A stretch of 62,733 nucleotides of DNA, filler included, from Kipferlia bialata (taxonomy: Eukaryota): NCBI GenBank assembly GCA_003568945.1. It is 4 parts of 4 records of this genome, joined end to end, with 100 filler letters (N's around TTAATTAATTAA, not from the genome) between each part and the next. Parts side by side here need not be neighbours in the genome. Positions count along the whole stretch, not along the records: positions 56,091 to 62,733 come from BDIP01000326.1; 3 more parts are not named here. The stretch is one strand, 5' to 3'. Made by a program: the position numbers and the translations under genes. This document shows, piece by piece, positions 61,894 to 62,733 of this stretch (within the stretch, counting starts at the first letter, position 1; each line of letters begins with the position of its first letter). The notes below the pieces were generated by a model. It was given only the letters and a program-made list of their open reading frames with translations. It had not been told where the DNA came from and did no database searches.

Positions 61894-62433
61894 AACCTTC
61901 CTCTGGCAGACTGATGGTACAGGGGGATAGGAACATATATATATATATACATATATATATATGTATATACATACTCACCCTCCTCTGGCAATTGAGACAC
62001 TGGTGGGTGCTGCCTGGGGTTCTCTCCCTTGACCAGTGCTGACACATCTTCTTGACTCTCAATGACCCCTTGACTCTCCTTGACCCCTTCTGTTGGGGAG
62101 GGAGGGCGAGTCACCAGGGCAGGTTGGAACACCCAGTCAGTCACCTAGAGGGGTAAGAGCGTTTGAGACGTTTATGGGTAACAAACTTGTAGGCTGGAAC
62201 ACCCAGTCACTGACCTGTAGGGTAGGTAGACTATGGATAATTACACATACACATAGAACACATATTGCAAAGATATTTGAACATGATTATACCTTCTGCA
62301 TCACGACATCACCCCTCCTCAGCATGACTCCTCTGCCTCTTCTCTCTCTCTCTCTCTCATCCCCTCTCCCCCCTTCTCTCTCCCTCTCCAGGTGCTGTCT
62401 GATAAGTGACTCTGGGGTCCTCACATGCATAAC
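58248..62433 (-). CDS. ITPK1: Inositol 1,3,4-trisphosphate 5/6-kinase (ATP-grasp), multi-exon; 5' end uncertain or partial
   Basis: DVVMQK|VTD, IRVLDPVMSVKPFLDR, KPFWGCGPSISH, AMPFLLHSTVYK|VYMIGD, VPFNSQ and MLGIDVILD...VVDVNYCP|GFKSFPDF follow the ITPK1 motif order (D...HK..D, v.DP...R, KP...SH, QeF..H...KVYvvG, FgiDvi...viDiN.fPG). Confidence 0.85.
58370..62220 (-). repeat. Cluster of intronic partial exon copies (echoes)
   Basis: Most ITPK1 exons have 1-3 partial copies in the flanking introns (e.g. ~58495-58530, 59580-59620, 59828-59870, 60540-60577, 61400-61445). Confidence 0.9.
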
Positions 62434-62733
62434 CTGAGAGTAAAAGGGTGTAGAGAGAGAGAGAGAGAGAGATGCTCTGGGTCTCACCTGAAGAGTTACA
62501 ATTGAGAGGGGAGGGGGGGATCAATGTACTGTGAGACTAGATATAATAGAAATAGTAGAGATGCATTCGTAGAGATCTAATAGAAATAATGGATAAGAGA
62601 AGTAAAGCTGAAAGGTTCACGGTCCTTGGAAGGAAGTAGCAGACAGAGAAGGAGAGGTAGAGAGAGAGAGAGAGAGGGGTCGAAACAACCTCGGAGAGAG
62701 ATATGGAGATAATGAAAGAGGGAACAAGGGGGG

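Noticed and set aside
1..62733. Transposons, rRNA and tRNA genes
   Set aside because: No transposase or reverse-transcriptase motifs, terminal repeats or RNA-gene signatures were recognised by eye. A covariance-model or repeat search could still find small elements.

Overview
Eukaryotic, intron-rich, gene-dense genomic DNA from a protist. The sequence style suggests a free-living fornicate such as Kipferlia bialata (inference only): GT-AG introns with the branch point next to the 3' splice site, (GA)n/(TA)n tracts, ER/GE-rich low-complexity proteins and many divergent Kelch-like propellers. The window is four pieces joined by artificial N44-TTAATTAATTAA-N44 linkers (23272-23371, 46585-46684, 55991-56090), plus three plain N gaps. 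By hand-splicing exons I recognise an SLX4-like scaffold (UBZ4 + SAP-like + SLX1-binding domain), several Kelch/beta-propeller genes (two intronless paralogs), an HSP70/HSPA12-like first exon, a purine-permease-like DMT transporter, a polycystin-2 (TRPP) channel, an MFS transporter, an Mx-like dynamin, ENY2/Sus1, a NIF3/YqfO-like tail, RICTOR, an arylsulfotransferase-like C-terminus, one proteasome alpha-2 exon and an ITPK1-type inositol phosphate kinase. The most striking unexplained structure is in the introns. In a subset of genes most exons are flanked by 1-4 partial copies of themselves ('echoes'): acceptor plus 5' part upstream, 3' part plus donor downstream, separated by TA-rich spacers. 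In the pairs I compared, echo-versus-exon differences are mostly synonymous. All gene models are manual, coordinates are gene spans including introns, and no searches were run.
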